From Phaeosaccion multiseriatum (lineage: Eukaryota; Protista; Ochrophyta, other classes): a stretch of 64,000 bases of DNA. Positions 36,901 to 49,461 of the stretch are shown here, piece by piece. The number at the start of each line of letters is the position of its first letter. The first letter of the stretch is position 1. The stretch lies in assembly GCA_965112735.1 (NCBI GenBank), contig OZ218955.1:1-64000 (forward strand), in the 5' to 3' direction. The notes under the pieces were generated by a model. The model was not told the origin of the DNA, did not search any database, and saw only the letters and a list, made by a program, of their open reading frames with translations. The translations under genes and the position numbers were made by a program.

Positions 36901-39900
36901 GGGGTGGGTGTCAGGACAGAGAGTGGGGTGGGTGTCAGGACAGTGGGTGGGGTGGGTGTCAGGACAGAGAGTGGGGTGGGTGTCAGGACAGAGAGTGGGG
37001 TGGGTGTCAGGACAGTGGGTGGGGTGGGTGTCAGGACAGTGTGTGGGGTGGGTGTCAGGACAGAGAGTGGGGTGGGTGTCAGGACAGTGGGTGGGGTGGG
37101 TGTCAGGACAGAGAGTGGGGTGGGTGTCAGGACAGAGAGTGGGGTGGGTGTCAGGACAGAGAGTGGGGTGGGTGTTCGGACAGAGAGTGGGGTGGGTGTC
37201 AGGACAGAGAGTGGGGTGGGTGTCAGGACAGAGAGTGGGGTGGGTGTCAGGACAGTGGGTGGGGTGGGTGTCAGGACAGAGAGTGGGGTGGGTGTCAGGA
37301 CAGAGAGTGGGGTGGGTGTCAGGACAGTGAGTGGGGTGGGTGTCAGGACAGTGGGTGGGGTGGGTGTCAGGACAGAGAGTGGGGTGGGTGTCAGGACAGA
37401 GAGTGGGGTGGGTGTCAGGACAGTGGGTGGGGTGGGTGTCAGGACAGAGAGTGGGGTGGGTGTCAGGACAGAGAGTGGGGTGGGTGTCAGGACAGAGAGT
37501 GGGGTGGGTGTCAGGACAGAGAGTGGGGTGGGTGTCAGGACAGAGAGTGGGGTGGGTGTCAGGACAGAGAGTGGGGTGGGTGTCAGGACAGAGGGTGGGG
37601 GTGCGTGTCCGGACAGAGGTGGATGGGGTGCGGTGCCGGACTCTTCTCTCTCCCCTCTGCTTCCCTTCTCTCTCCCCTCTGCTTCCCTTCTCTCTCCTCC
37701 TCCCTCTCTGTCCCGACACCAGCCAACCCCCCCCTCTCCTCACTTACCTCGAGGGCGTGCAGTCTGAAAGGCGCAGTTTTGTAGCGCAGGAGGAGCCGAC
37801 CCAACATCTGTGCCCTCAGCGCCTGGGTACCCTCCCTATCCTCTGGTGCCATCCCCTGCAGGCCCTCCATGCCGCACTCGAGCAGCTTGAAGTCAAGCAG
37901 ACTCCGCGCCATGTCAAGCGCAGCCTCTGCTCGGAAACCCATGGTGAGCGTGGTGGTGCAAGTGGTGGTGCAAGTGGTGGTGGAGGTGGTGGTGGAGGTG
38001 GTGGGCGAGGTGTGAAGGGCAGAGATGAGGGCGGGAGGAGCGCTTGAGAGAGAGAGGGGAGGGGAGAGTGAAGGAGCGGGGCAGGAGAGAGGAGCGGCTG
38101 CGAGCGACAATGCTGCTCCCGCCGTATCACCAACGGCTGCTTCTCCCGCTAGTGCTGCCAGTGGTGGTCCAACGGCACACACAGGGGTTAGGCTTAGCTT
38201 AGCGCCACTCTGCTCGACGGCCTCCGTCCGCAGTGTGACAGTCACTGTCTCTGTCTCTGTGACTCTGGTGCGTATCCGCTGCCTCTGCGGGGGCAGGCTG
38301 CACAGGTAGGCTCGAAAGTGCTTGAAGGCGCATGGGCTCGCCGTAATGAGTGAGCAGAAACTCTCCCGACGGGCGTCAGCCGCTGCTTTCTCCTGCAACG
38401 TCGCCCCCTTCCCCTTCCCGCCTCCTTCTCTGACTGCCCCTCCGCCCCCTTCCCCGCTGCCTCCCCCCCCCCCCTCCTCCTCCTCCTCCTCCTCCTCCTC
38501 CTCCTCCTCCTCCTCCTCCTCCTCCTCCTCCTCCTCCTCCTCCTCCTCCTCCTCCTCCTCCTCCTCCTCCTCCTCCTCCTCCTCCTCCTCCTCCTCCTCC
38601 TCCTCCTCCTCCTCCTCCTCCTCCTCCTCCTCCTCCTCCTCCTCCTCCTCCTCCTCCTCCTCCTCCTCCTCCTCCTCCTCCTCCTCCTCCTCCTCCTCCT
38701 CCTCCTCCTCCTCCTCCTCCTGGCGGCCAGAGCGATCTCGACAAGTGCCTTGAGAAGAGCGGAAGATGAAGAGCTGCTTCCTCGCCCTCTTGCCGAGCTC
38801 GTACTCGGCCTGCACATCGCTCAGCACGTATGCTCGGCAGGTGAGCTCGGCCACAAGGCTGTCCTCATGGTCCTCATGCCCCTCACTGGCACTAGCACTG
38901 GCACTGAAACTGGTGCTGGGCAGTGAGGGAAGGCCCGCCCAGCCTATGGCCTCCAGCGCGTGCAAGAAGGGCGGAAAGTGCTCCAGCGCCTCCAAGAAGG
39001 GGGGGAAGTGCTCGTAGCGGAGTATGAAGAACAGCTTGTGAGAGGCACTCTGGGAAGGGAGGGGAGAGGGGAGACGGGAGAGGGACTCCTGAGTGAGTGA
39101 GGGGGTGCGTGCAGCGATGCGCTGTTCGGCAGTGAAGCACGTATGCCAATGAGAGGGAAAGGAAGGAGACGGAGAGAGCAAGGGCAAGCCTACTCACCTC
39201 AAAAGCGTTGAGCAGGATAGCCATGTCACGCTGTCTTACTGTGTAAACCCTTTCCAGCGTAATCCCTGCAGCGTCTTTCTGACCCCCCTCCCCCCCTTCC
39301 TCCTCCTCCTCCTCCTGCTGCTGCTGCTGCTGCGGTTGCTGGTGCTTCTGCTGCTGCTGCTGCCGCCGCCGCCAGATGCCAGAGACCCTCTTTGGCTTCG
39401 TTGCCGCTTTCGCTTCTCCTCCCCTTCCCAAACTTCCTCCTCCTCCTCTTCCTCCTCCTCCTCCTCCTCCTCCTCCTCCTCCTCCTCCTCCTCCTCCTCC
39501 TCCTCCTCCTCCTCCTCCTCCTCCTCCTCCTCCTCCTCCTCCTCCTCCTCCTCCTCCTCCTCCTCCTCCTCCTCCTCCTCCTCCTCCTCCTCCTCCTCCT
39601 CCTCCTCCTCCTCCTCCTCCTCCTCCTCCTCCTCCTCCTCCTCCTCCTCCTCCTCCTCCTCCTCCTCCTCCTCCTCCTCCTCCTCCTCCTCCTCCTCCTC
39701 CTCCTCCTCCTCCTCCTCCTCCTCCTCCTCCTCCTCCTCCTCCTCCTCCTCCTCCTCCTCCTCCTCCTCCTCCTCCTCCTCCTCCTCCTCCTCCTCCTCC
39801 TCCTCCTCCTCCTCCTCCTCCTCCTCCTCCTCCTCCTCCTCCTTCTCCTCCTTCTCCTCCTCCTTCTCCTCCTCCTTCTCCTCCTCCTCCTCCTCCTCCT

Positions 39901-40790
39901 CCTCCTCCTCCTGTGTGCTCCCCTCCCCCTCCCTCCCCGGCACCAGCGCCTGCCAAAGCCTCTGGCGGCTCCTCGCTGTCTACGACGGTGGTGTGGCTGA
40001 CTGTGTGGCTGACAGTGTGCTTGTACCCCCCTGAGTCCCTGGGCCTGGGCTGCACGTGCAGGCGAAGGTCCTCCCTTAGGTCCCTGAGCGTATCCCTGTC
40101 CAGCGGGACGAAGTCGGCGGAGGAGGGGCAGAAGTACTTCGAGAAGACATACGCCGCTCGACCGCACAAAACCTCCATCTCCGCTGCCGCTAGCTGTGAC
40201 TGTGCCCCCCTCCCCCCTCCCTCTCCGCCAAAGCCACGGCCGCTGCCGCCCCCCGCCTGCTCACTGCTGCCCTTGAAGGTGTTCTTGTTGGACCCGCCTG
40301 TTGGGCCTGTTGGGCCTGTTGGGCCTGTTGGGCAGGCACCGCTTGAACCGTTCCGCCCTTGGCAGGCCCCTTCGTAGGTCAGGCTTTGGGCCGCTTGCTT
40401 GAAGGTGTCAATATCCCTGAGGCAGTCGATTAGCGCCTCCTGCAGCGACGCGGCTAGGAAGTCTCTGAGGAGGCCGCTTAGGAAGGGGTCGCTCAGCAGG
40501 GCCCGCAGCAGAGAGTGCTGTCGCGTCGAAGGAGGAGGGGGCGCCCCGCTGGCAGGGGAGGAGGGAGGGGCGGCTAACTCGGGCTTGGCGTTCACACCGC
40601 ATCCAGTGGTGGCAGTGGCGGCATCCTTGGGGTCGCTGTGACTGGGGCCATCGCCATCGCCATTACCGTTGCCGTTGCCGCATCGGCCGCTGCTGTCCAG
40701 AAGTACTGTTCGGACGCTGTCCATGGCGTGCGGGCTGAACGCGCTGGTGTAGTTGCTACTGCTGCCCATAGAACTGCCGGTAGTGCTGCC

Positions 40791-40824
<34 letters not shown>

Positions 40825-41384
40825 CTGCTGCTGCTGCTGCTGCTGCGGATAGGATTGGTAAGGCGGACGGATGCATCTCTCCGCGGGAGGGCTTCCTCTC
40901 GGGGCCGCTCTCTACTCTGCCGCTGTCGCGCCTGCTCCTCCTCCACCGGCCTCTGCTCGACCTTGTTCCTTGCGGCCCAGCCCCTTCGCCTCATCCTCAG
41001 CCGAAGGTCCTTCAAGCTGGAGAACGACCTGCCCATCCACCGACCAGGCCCTGCCCCTCCCATCGTGGCCTGCTGCTGTTTGCCAGTCACCCCTGCTGCA
41101 AACAGAGCGGTGGGATCCTCTGGGCTGCTGCCAACACTCTGAGTGGCAGTGAGGTCGGGTCTGATGCGCGAACGATGCGGGCCAATGATGCTCATCGCCC
41201 TTGTGGTGGTGGTGGTCGTGCCGGTGGTGGTCGTCGTGGACGTGACAGTGGTGTGTGCTGTGCCCTCCAGCTGCTGATGCAGATAGCCGCCCATGTGCTG
41301 CTCGTGCGGCGTCCTGCTTTTCCGGGCGGCGATCGATGAGGACGACGATGATGGTGCCCTCCGCGATGAGGCAGCTCCGCCCAT
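33947..41384 (-). CDS. Large multi-RGS-domain protein (2 clear and 1-2 degenerate RGS domains), possible N-myristoylation
   Basis: MGGAASS start. RGS1: LLSDPFLSGLLRDFL..EALIDCLRDIDTF..AAYVFSKYFCPSS..VPLD..LRYEHFPPF. Last RGS: VLALPLGVSLFKKFAEERFQAESVNFWLEAREF..AEAIYKEYIAVGSPQQVNLS..IFLSAQEEVFGLMSLNLFGPF. Confidence 0.85.
36644..37600 (+). repeat. 24-bp intronic minisatellite GTGTCAGGACAGAGAGTGGGGTGG, about 40 copies
   Basis: Directly visible tandem array inside an RGS-gene intron. Confidence 0.95.
38474..38721 (+). repeat. (CCT)n tract, about 82 units, read as poly-Glu in the RGS gene
   Basis: Pure trinucleotide run within ORF 37583..39187. Confidence 0.9.
39435..39911 (+). repeat. (CCT)n tract, about 159 units, read as poly-Gly in the RGS gene
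   Basis: Near-pure trinucleotide run within ORF 38892..41384. Confidence 0.9.
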
Positions 41385-41935
41385 GGCTTTGATTTACAGA
41401 GTCGTGACTCTCACCCTCTACTTCTCTGCAACTTTGGATGGAGCCGTCCTTGTTGCCTCCCTCTCCGGCCCACTCTTGCTCCTGGTGCTCGCGGCTAAGC
41501 TTCACTCTCGCTGCAGCTTCCGCCACTCCCCCCTAAACCTCCTCCTTCTCTTTCTTTTCCTCTCGTGTTGGGGAGAGAACTTTTCAATAAGGTTTGCTAC
41601 TCCTCATGCTTCTGCTCTTGGCTCCACTTTCGCTGCAGCTTGGAGGAGCTGCCCTCCCCCCCCACCACCCCTTTCCTCCTGTTGCTGCTCATCTTACTGG
41701 AAAAGCGTCTCATTTTTAATTTTCACATTATCACGTTACTTTTGCGCGCCAGTTTTTCGGTTTCGGAAAAGAGGGTCGACGGTTTCAATTTTTTCTTTCC
41801 CATGGCTATACTGTAGCTTGCATGCACATAGAACAAGAAAAGAACAGAAGGAGATTAGCTTTCATGCACATGGAGGAGAAAAAGAAGACAGGGGGGGCAG
41901 GCGACATTCGCCCAAGCTTAGAATTAACTCCTAGC

Positions 41936-42770
41936 CTAGGGCGAAGGTAGTGTAGCAGTAGCCGTAGCAGCGGGGGTGGCAGCGGGAGCGACCGCCGCGG
42001 CAGTAGCGGCTTCGCCAATCCTCCGCTCCCCCTCCTCCCCTCCCTCCCCCCCCCCGCCCCACCCACTGCCACCCTCTTCCCCCTCCAGCCTGACTCCCGC
42101 CCGAATGGCCCCTCCCGCGGCCTGCAGCACGTCGTCAGTCTTACAGAAGCAGAAGCGCACGAAGGCGCCCCCCAGGCCCGCCCTTGTCTCCTTGGAGAAG
42201 AAGGGCCCCGTCGGGATGGCCACCAGCCCGTGTTCGAGGGCCATGTAACGGCAGAATGCCCAGTCCTTAGTCACTCGGGCGTCTCCCTCGCCGTCCTCCC
42301 CCCTGCCGAGCACGGGCGTGGTCTCTTGCAGGTACTTGTCGGGCACATGCACGCGGCTCACGTCCCCGATCAGGAAGAAGCCCCCCCCGCCCTCGAGAGT
42401 GGGCACCCCCGCTGCGTTGAGCACGGTCTCGAGCTGTCGCCGCTTGCCCTTGTACTGCTTCCTGAGCCAACCGTAGTACGTGTCCTCCCCCCTGTAGGGC
42501 TTCTCGGCCTCCTGTAGGGCCGTGGCCAGGGCCTCTTGCATGGGCGTGGGCCCGCAGAACTGCATGTAGGGCAGCATCGAGTGGATGGCGTCCACTACCC
42601 TTGCCGGACCCACTGCCCACCCTACCTGCCAGCCCGTCACGCTGAACGTCTTGCCTGCGCTGCTGATGGTGACCGTGCGCTCTTGCATGCCCGGCAGAGT
42701 TGAGAAGTGACCGTGGCCGGTCGGCGGCATCGGCTGGCGCTGTGGGGCCTCCTCCTCCTCCTCCTCCTCC

Positions 42771-42801
<31 letters not shown>

Positions 42802-44427
42802 AATCATTATCATCCTCCTCCTCCTCACCCTCATGCCCGTCCTCCACGCGGGTGAAGGGCTCGCTACCTTCAGCCATGACGGGGTCGACATCACCGAGAC
42901 CACTGATGATGCTGTTGCTGCTGCTGCTACTGCCGCCGCCCCACTCGTCACTCGCCCCTTTGGCGGCTACATCCCCTTCACAGCTGGCGTCGTCGTCGTA
43001 CACCATGTACTTGTACACCTCGTCGCTGATGACCATGAGCCTGGGGTGCTCGTCGACAAGGCTTGCAAGGCCCTCCATTTCGTGTGGGCTGAACACCTTG
43101 CCCGTGGGGTTGTGAGGCGTATTCACCACGATCACGCGGGTCTCCGGAGTGATTGCGTCTGCCCGGGGGGGGGGGTGCACATGAGAGGTGAGTGGGTGAG
43201 TGAGAAAAAGAAAGACAGAGAGGCAGGGCTAGAGAGAGGTGGCATGCACACTGCCTACTCTACCTGATTGGTCCCACTCTACCTAATTGGGTCCAAATCT
43301 ACCTAATTGGGTCCCACTCTACCTAATTGGGTCCCACTCTACCTAATTGGGTGGCACATAGCATAATCGCTGCCAGGACAGCCGAGGAGCCCCCCCCTCT
43401 CACCCCCCCCCTCGCATCCCCCACAGCTGGCCCGCTCCTGTCCTGTCCTGCCCCGCTCACGTCACGCCTCAAGGCCACCCACCTCCCCACCACCACCCCC
43501 AACCCCTATGGCCCCCTCCCACTCACCCCTGAGGGCATCGAGGTCGAGCCTCCACTCCCACTTGGTGCCCTCCTTGTCAACCTTGAGGGGCACTGTGACG
43601 GGCACGCCCCCCGCCATCTCGATTTGCCCCACGTACAGGTCGAAGAAAGGCTCCAGCAACATCACCTCTCCGCCCCTCTCCTCGCGCTGCTGCCCCGCCC
43701 CGCCGCCCCCCCCCGGGCTGAGCAGCACCTGCAGAGTGACGTAGAGCGCCTGGCTGGCCCCGATTGTGATGGCAATCTCCTTGTAGGGGTCCACAGGCCG
43801 GCCGAAGTGGTAGCTGTAGCGCTGCGCCAAGAGCTCCACTAGCCGGGGGTGGCCCGCCGTGCGCGTGTACTGGTGGAAGCCGTCATCGATTGCCTTGTGC
43901 GCAGCTGCCACCACGAAGTCTGGCGGGTCCCAGTTGGGGAAGCCCTGCCCCAAGTTGATGCCGCCCGTCTCTGCGGCCAGGGAGCTAAACGTGCTCCATA
44001 CAGTCATGCGAGGGGCGGGCCTCTTTGCACCCTCGGCCTCCTCAACCCGCACGGCGCCTCGAGAGGGAAACACCAATGCTTTAGTCGCCTTCTTCTTGCT
44101 CTTCCTCCGTTTGTGCTTTGTGCTCCCCCCAGACGCAGTGCCTGTGCTTGCCCCCAATGCGCTCTCCTTAGGGTCGCCTCGTAACCTCCCCCGCCCTCTC
44201 CGGCTACCACTCCTACTGCTGCTGCTGCTGCTGCTACTACTACTACTGCTGCTGCTCCAGCTGTTACCGCCTCCGCCTCCGCTGCCTTGCCTCCCTCCTC
44301 CTAAACTATGCCCTACCATTACTCCGCCCCCCACTGGGAGAGGAACCACCCATCCCGCGGCTGTCCCGACACCGGCAGCGGCTGCTGCAGCAGTGCAGAT
44401 GGCCTCACCGAGGAATGTCTTCCGCAT
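41936..44427 (-). CDS. PLP-dependent class I/II aminotransferase (kynurenine/glutamine transaminase-like), putatively organelle-targeted, 2 exons
   Basis: INLGQGFPNWDPP, HQYTRTAGHPRL, VNTPHNPTGKVF, SDEVY, SAGKTFSVTGWQVGW (PLP Lys), VRFCFCK. Hydrophobic N-terminus ending AAG|WVVP, then Ser/Arg-rich. Confidence 0.92.
43257..43352 (+). repeat. 20-bp intronic tandem repeat CTACCTAATTGGGTCCCACT, about 4.5 copies
   Basis: Directly visible. Confidence 0.85.
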
Positions 44428-44756
44428 CCTCAGCTTATGCTCACACACTGAGAGGGGGTGCTATACTAATATTGGCGTGGCATCGAGTGAGTCACAGACG
44501 GGAAAAGCAAAATTCTCTTTCCCTGTTCCTCCTATAGTCTATCCAATCCGCAAAAGGTGGTAGACACTTCTCAGTAGTATACTTCCATTCGCGGTGGATT
44601 CAATGACGCAGCTGTAGGGGGAGGGGGGGGGGAGTATGGGATGATGAGGGGAAAACGTAGCCGTCCACAGTAAGGCAATGAATGAAATAAATTCCAGTTC
44701 ATTTTTTTTTTTTTTTTTTTTCCCTCTTCTAAGCCCTCTGCCTTCCCTGCACTACA

Positions 44757-46370
44757 CTACAGCTCTCCCCCCTCTACTCCTGGCCTCTCCTCCACAAAGA
44801 CCAGCCCAAAGATCGCAAGAGCCACCACAACCACCCCCATGAGCAGCAGCGGCTGAACATGGTGCAGGGACTCCCCGACTCCACCCCACCACGCCCCCTT
44901 CCGTGGCGACCCCCGTCCCCCTCCTCCTTGCGGTGCAACGGCTGCTCTGGCCTTGGTCGCTGGCCCTTCCTTCCCTCCGTTCTGCCCCCACTTGGCGAGC
45001 TTCCCTCCCCACATGCTCCGGGCCTTGTCCTGCTGCGTCCTCCTCTTGATCCGCAATGTCTGCAGCGCAGTTTTGATGCTTTTGTCCGTTGGGTGAAGGA
45101 GAAGAGCTCCTTCCAAATCGGCCGACGCTTCCTCCAGCTTGCCTGTTTCAGCGGCACACGCACGTACACCCACACACACACAGGAGCAAGACCTACCCAG
45201 GTCATCGAAGAGAAAATCCGGGAGGGAGGGAGGGAAGAGGAGAAGCACGCCCTAGTCCAGGCATGGTCCAGGCGAGCGATAGCCCCCCCCCGAGCCTCAA
45301 ACTCAAACTCAAGCTTGTCTTCCTACAACAATACAATTCTACGCACCTAAATCCATGTTCGCTCTGCCTCTCCAGAACAGGGCCTTGGCCATGCTGCTGT
45401 TGCTACTCCTGCTACTCCTGCTACTGGTGCTGCTGCTGCTGTCATTCGCACTCTCCGCTCCTCCCGCCCCTGCTCCCCCTTCGCTGCCGGTGCTTTCCCT
45501 GCAGCAATCATGTGCTTCCGTGGCCAGCGTTACGACTTCCTTGGCAGCCTCCACATCCAGCGCGCTCTGGCGGCTCTTGATGAGGCACTGGCAAAGGTTC
45601 AGCAGCAAGGGCAGCTTGGCCGCGTACACTTGCTGCCTGTGAGCCTCGCTGAGCTCGAAGTTCATCTGTACAGGGGGCAAGAGTGAGTCACACAATTAGG
45701 GCGGGTATGGGTATGTATGCACTGAAAGGAAGGGAAGCGAGAGAGAGGGCGCAAGAAGTGGATCGTTGAGGGATGTGGGCATCAGTCGTCCAGCAGAGCA
45801 AATGAGAAGGGCAGCTTCCTCCCAAGCGAGGCGAGGCAGCTGAGCAGCCCCTCTTTCCTCTCTCCCTTCCGGCCCTCCTCCTATTTTTCCGCTCTCCTCC
45901 TCCTCCTCCTCCTCCTCCTCCTCTTGCGCCTCGCACCTGTAGCTCGTCAAAGCCCACGTGCTCCCGCGCCCTTCTGTAAGCCCGCACAGCCGCCGACAGG
46001 TCCTTCCTCTCAAAGCACTCATTGCCCTCCCTTCTGAGACGGGCGCCGTCTCTTAACCGCTCTTCGAACACGATCGACTTGGGCTGATGAGAGGGGTGTG
46101 ACGGGGGAGGAAGAGAGGAGGGCAGAGAGGGAGAGAGACAAAGAGGGAGGGAGGGAGGGGCCGAGTGCGCAAGTATCATGATCATCATTTCAACATGAGA
46201 GCGACAGCACAGCCTCTCCTCTGCACGAGAGCGCTAACCTTCTCAAGCAGGCTTTGTCCTTCCCCTCCTTGCGTCACGGCTGTTGCTATAGACCTACTCT
46301 CGTCCGTCGGGGTAGGCACCACCTCTACCCCTACTGCTGCTGCTCCTCCTATCGCTGGATCATCTTCCAT
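44757..46370 (-). CDS. Tail-anchored TPR co-chaperone-like protein (FKBP8/TTC9-type TPR triad plus C-terminal TM)
   Basis: LRREGNECFERKDLSAAVRAYRRA; PLLLNLCQCLIK; AKALFWRGRA..LG..EEASADLEGALLLHPTDK; C-terminal LLLMGVVVVALAIFGLVFV. Confidence 0.85.
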
Positions 46371-46670
46371 GCTGGCGGAGGAGCAGACAGACGGGGGAAA
46401 AATAGGGGGGAATTGACGAGCGACAAAGCCATCTGTGACGCTGGATTACAAGCCGTGAATATGCGGCTATGTCGCCTACAGCAGGGAGGGGTCGGCTTCC
46501 TTCTTCATTGCCTCCACGAGAGTGTCATTATTCAAGACGCACCGCGCGCCCTAAGCGGTACCGCTCTCTTGACTCTCTACTGATGTAGGACATCGAGTCG
46601 CGGCCGGTCACAGCCCATATGCCTCCCCTATTAGCGGAGGCACGCTGCACGCGCCCCTCGTCACACAGTG

Positions 46671-47522
46671 TCAGCCACCACCACCTCCTCCTCCCCCTCC
46701 CCTTCCCCCCTCACCCTCCTGCTCCGCCCTCCCCTCCTCGTGCCCCTCCCCTTGCCCCTCTTCCTGCTTCTCCTCCTCCGTCCCCTCCCCTCCCCCCTCA
46801 AGCTCGAAAGACTCCTTCAAGTTTTGCCCACCCCCGGCCGCCCCGCCCTCCCTGGCGCCTGAGCTGCGTGCCCCCCCACCCCCGCTCGGAGCCCTGTTGC
46901 CCCTCCCGCCCCCCTCCAAAGTGCACACCTCCTCCCACCGGTCAGCGAAGGCCCTGTCCATAGCTACAGCAAGGCGGTGTATGGTGCGGTGGCGACAGGC
47001 CCAGTCTGCTTGGTATTCCTCCGCAGTGCACCGTGTCTCGATCCTACCCCGGATACGATCCCAAATTCGCTGCCCCTCCTCCTCCTCCTCCTCTCGCTCG
47101 CCCCCCCCCCCCTGGTGCTGAGCCTGACGTGTGCGACGGGCCTCTCTTAGCCCCCCCCTCCCCCTGTCCGCGTGTGCTTGAGCCTCCTCCGCGAGGATGT
47201 CCCTGATGACGACGGCGTGCGCAGCGTGAAAGTGCACAGCGTCGCGGCGGCTGTCCTTGCCTTGGTTGCCGCCTTGCTTGTCTTGTTCGTCCTGCTTGTC
47301 TCGCCTTCTGCCTTTCTCCTCTCGCTGACCCTTCATTTCTGGCACTGGCGGGCCTCTCTCCTCCGACGGGCCCTCCCATTCTGCTGCTCCGCCTCCCTCT
47401 TCCGTGGGAGTCCTCTCCCCTCCTTGCTTCGCTCCCTCTCCAGCCCCGCCGGCATCGGCTCTGCCATGCCTCATGCTGCCGGGGGTTGATCTCCCCCCAG
47501 CCTCCTCCTCCCTCCGCCAGCC

Positions 47523-47557
<35 letters not shown>

Positions 47558-48252
47558 GCCCCCCACGGGCATCGTCGTCGTCATCGTCTGCGGTCGGGCG
47601 AGAGTGAAGGAAGCAAAGCAAACAAGCAAGCAAGGACGGGCGAGGCAGAGGATGCGGAAAGTGTCACGCAGGATGGGTGCGGAAAGGCTATCACTCATCA
47701 AGTCTCACAGCCCCCCCCCCCCCCCCGCTTGGGCGGCTCGGCTGCCACAGCTCCTACGCTATCGCAGTGCTGCGAGCGGGCTGTGCGCCGCGCTACTGAA
47801 CTTGCTGGCTGTGCTTGACTCCAAGGTGGAAGTTCCCTTCCCCGCCTCGAGCAGCCGCAAGACTCACCGTCATCGTCTTCCATCCTCACAGCGGCGGTAG
47901 AGGCGCCAGTGCCATAAGCCGCAGCGGCAGCCGCTGCGGCCGTCATCGTTGTCGGCCTCATAGAGCCTGCGCCGACTGTCACCGGCGAGAAGGCTCCTCC
48001 TCCTCCGCCTGCTCGGCTCAGCGTTTCAAAGGGCGCCATCTGCAGGCTTGACAAGCCATGCGCCTCCCTCGCAGCCGCCCTCTTCTTCCGCCGCCGCTGC
48101 TGCTGCTGCTGCTGCTTCCTCTCTCTCTCTCTCTCGTGAGCCGCCCTCCCCTCCGCCGCCATGGCCTCCTTTTGGGCCTGTGTCCGGATTCGAACCATTT
48201 CAGCCACGCGAGCCTTGCTTCGAGCGAGACGAGATGATGCTTCACAAAGCAA
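46671..48252 (-). CDS. Hypothetical low-complexity/coiled-coil protein (5' end unresolved)
   Basis: Two long ORFs (47698..48252 and 46671..47633) joinable by a GT-AG intron; helical charged segments; no recognisable domain. Confidence 0.45.
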
Positions 48253-48835
48253 AGCAACAGAACATAGGCGCCGTCGCCCGTGGAAGAGACTCGCCGCACG
48301 GACAGTGCGGCAAAGGAAAGGAGGGCGCCAAGCAATGCGACCGACAAGAGGCGCAGAGAGTAGAGAGCAGAGGGCAGAGAGACGTGTATTCCCTGCTCAA
48401 CAACGTGCCACCCCGAGCTATCTTCCTTCCGGAGTTATGGGGGGAGAATCAGCCAACAAGGGAGGGGGGAGAGGAGAGAGTCCACCCACACGTCGTATGT
48501 ACGTGAGCACCTCTCTCTTTGTAGTCTTTGTTCCCCGTCTTGCTGCAGTGGCCAGGAAAAGGCTCGCCCCGCCCCAACCCCCCACGCTAAAGCCTTCCCC
48601 TCCGCACCTGCTATTTTAAAAGAAGGCTGGAGCAGCCCCCGTCTCTCCTCGTCATTCTCTCTCCCGCCTCCTTCTTCCTCTCTTTTCCCTCACTCTCTCT
48701 TCAATGGGAGGCGTCCTTTTGAAGCGCCCCCTGTCCTAAGCAAATATAAAAAGTGGGTAGTGGGTACCCAATTAATCGGGGACCTTCTTCGCGATGGGTA
48801 AAAGGGCTCGCAACACGCCCCCCGAGTAGCTTGGA

Positions 48836-48884
48836 TTATTTAGGTGTACATATAAACGCGCTCGTGATGGCTTCTGAGTATTCC

Positions 48885-48929
<45 letters not shown>

Positions 48930-49415
48930 ACTAAAGGACTAGGAGGGCCGGAGCCGTGATATCTGCCTCCCGCTCCTCCCACCTTGGGCGAAGTACTGGA
49001 CGCTGACTCAGTCCATGCTGCTGCTACTGCTGCTGAGGAGGAGGAGGAGGGAGGCGGCCGGTGATAATAGGGACGAATGCGGAACTGGTAACATGTCCGT
49101 GGCCGCAGCTTGGTCACAGAGAGGAAGTGCTCTTGCTGAGGGTAGGTGGGTGGCCGGGGGGAGATGGCAGCCGACACCTCGAGCTCCCTGCGGCTCACTG
49201 TACATGCCACTGCGAAGCGGCCAGTGATGCCCGAGCTCCACTGCCGGAGGGGAAGGGGAGGAGGCAGAGCAGCAGGACGACATGAGGCATGCACGAGCGC
49301 ACGCACGTGCACGCGCACACACACACACACGTCGAGAGATAGGGACGGAGAGCGAGGAAGGTTTCCGAGAGAAGAAGGGGGGGAGTGAGAGGGCGAGGGA
49401 GAGACGGAGGGGGTT

Positions 49416-49461
<46 letters not shown>

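Noticed and set aside
36333-37784. Long repetitive ORFs (CQDREWGG)n, (CPDTHPTL)n and similar
   Set aside because: Translations of a stop-free 24-bp intronic minisatellite that is open in several frames; not genes.
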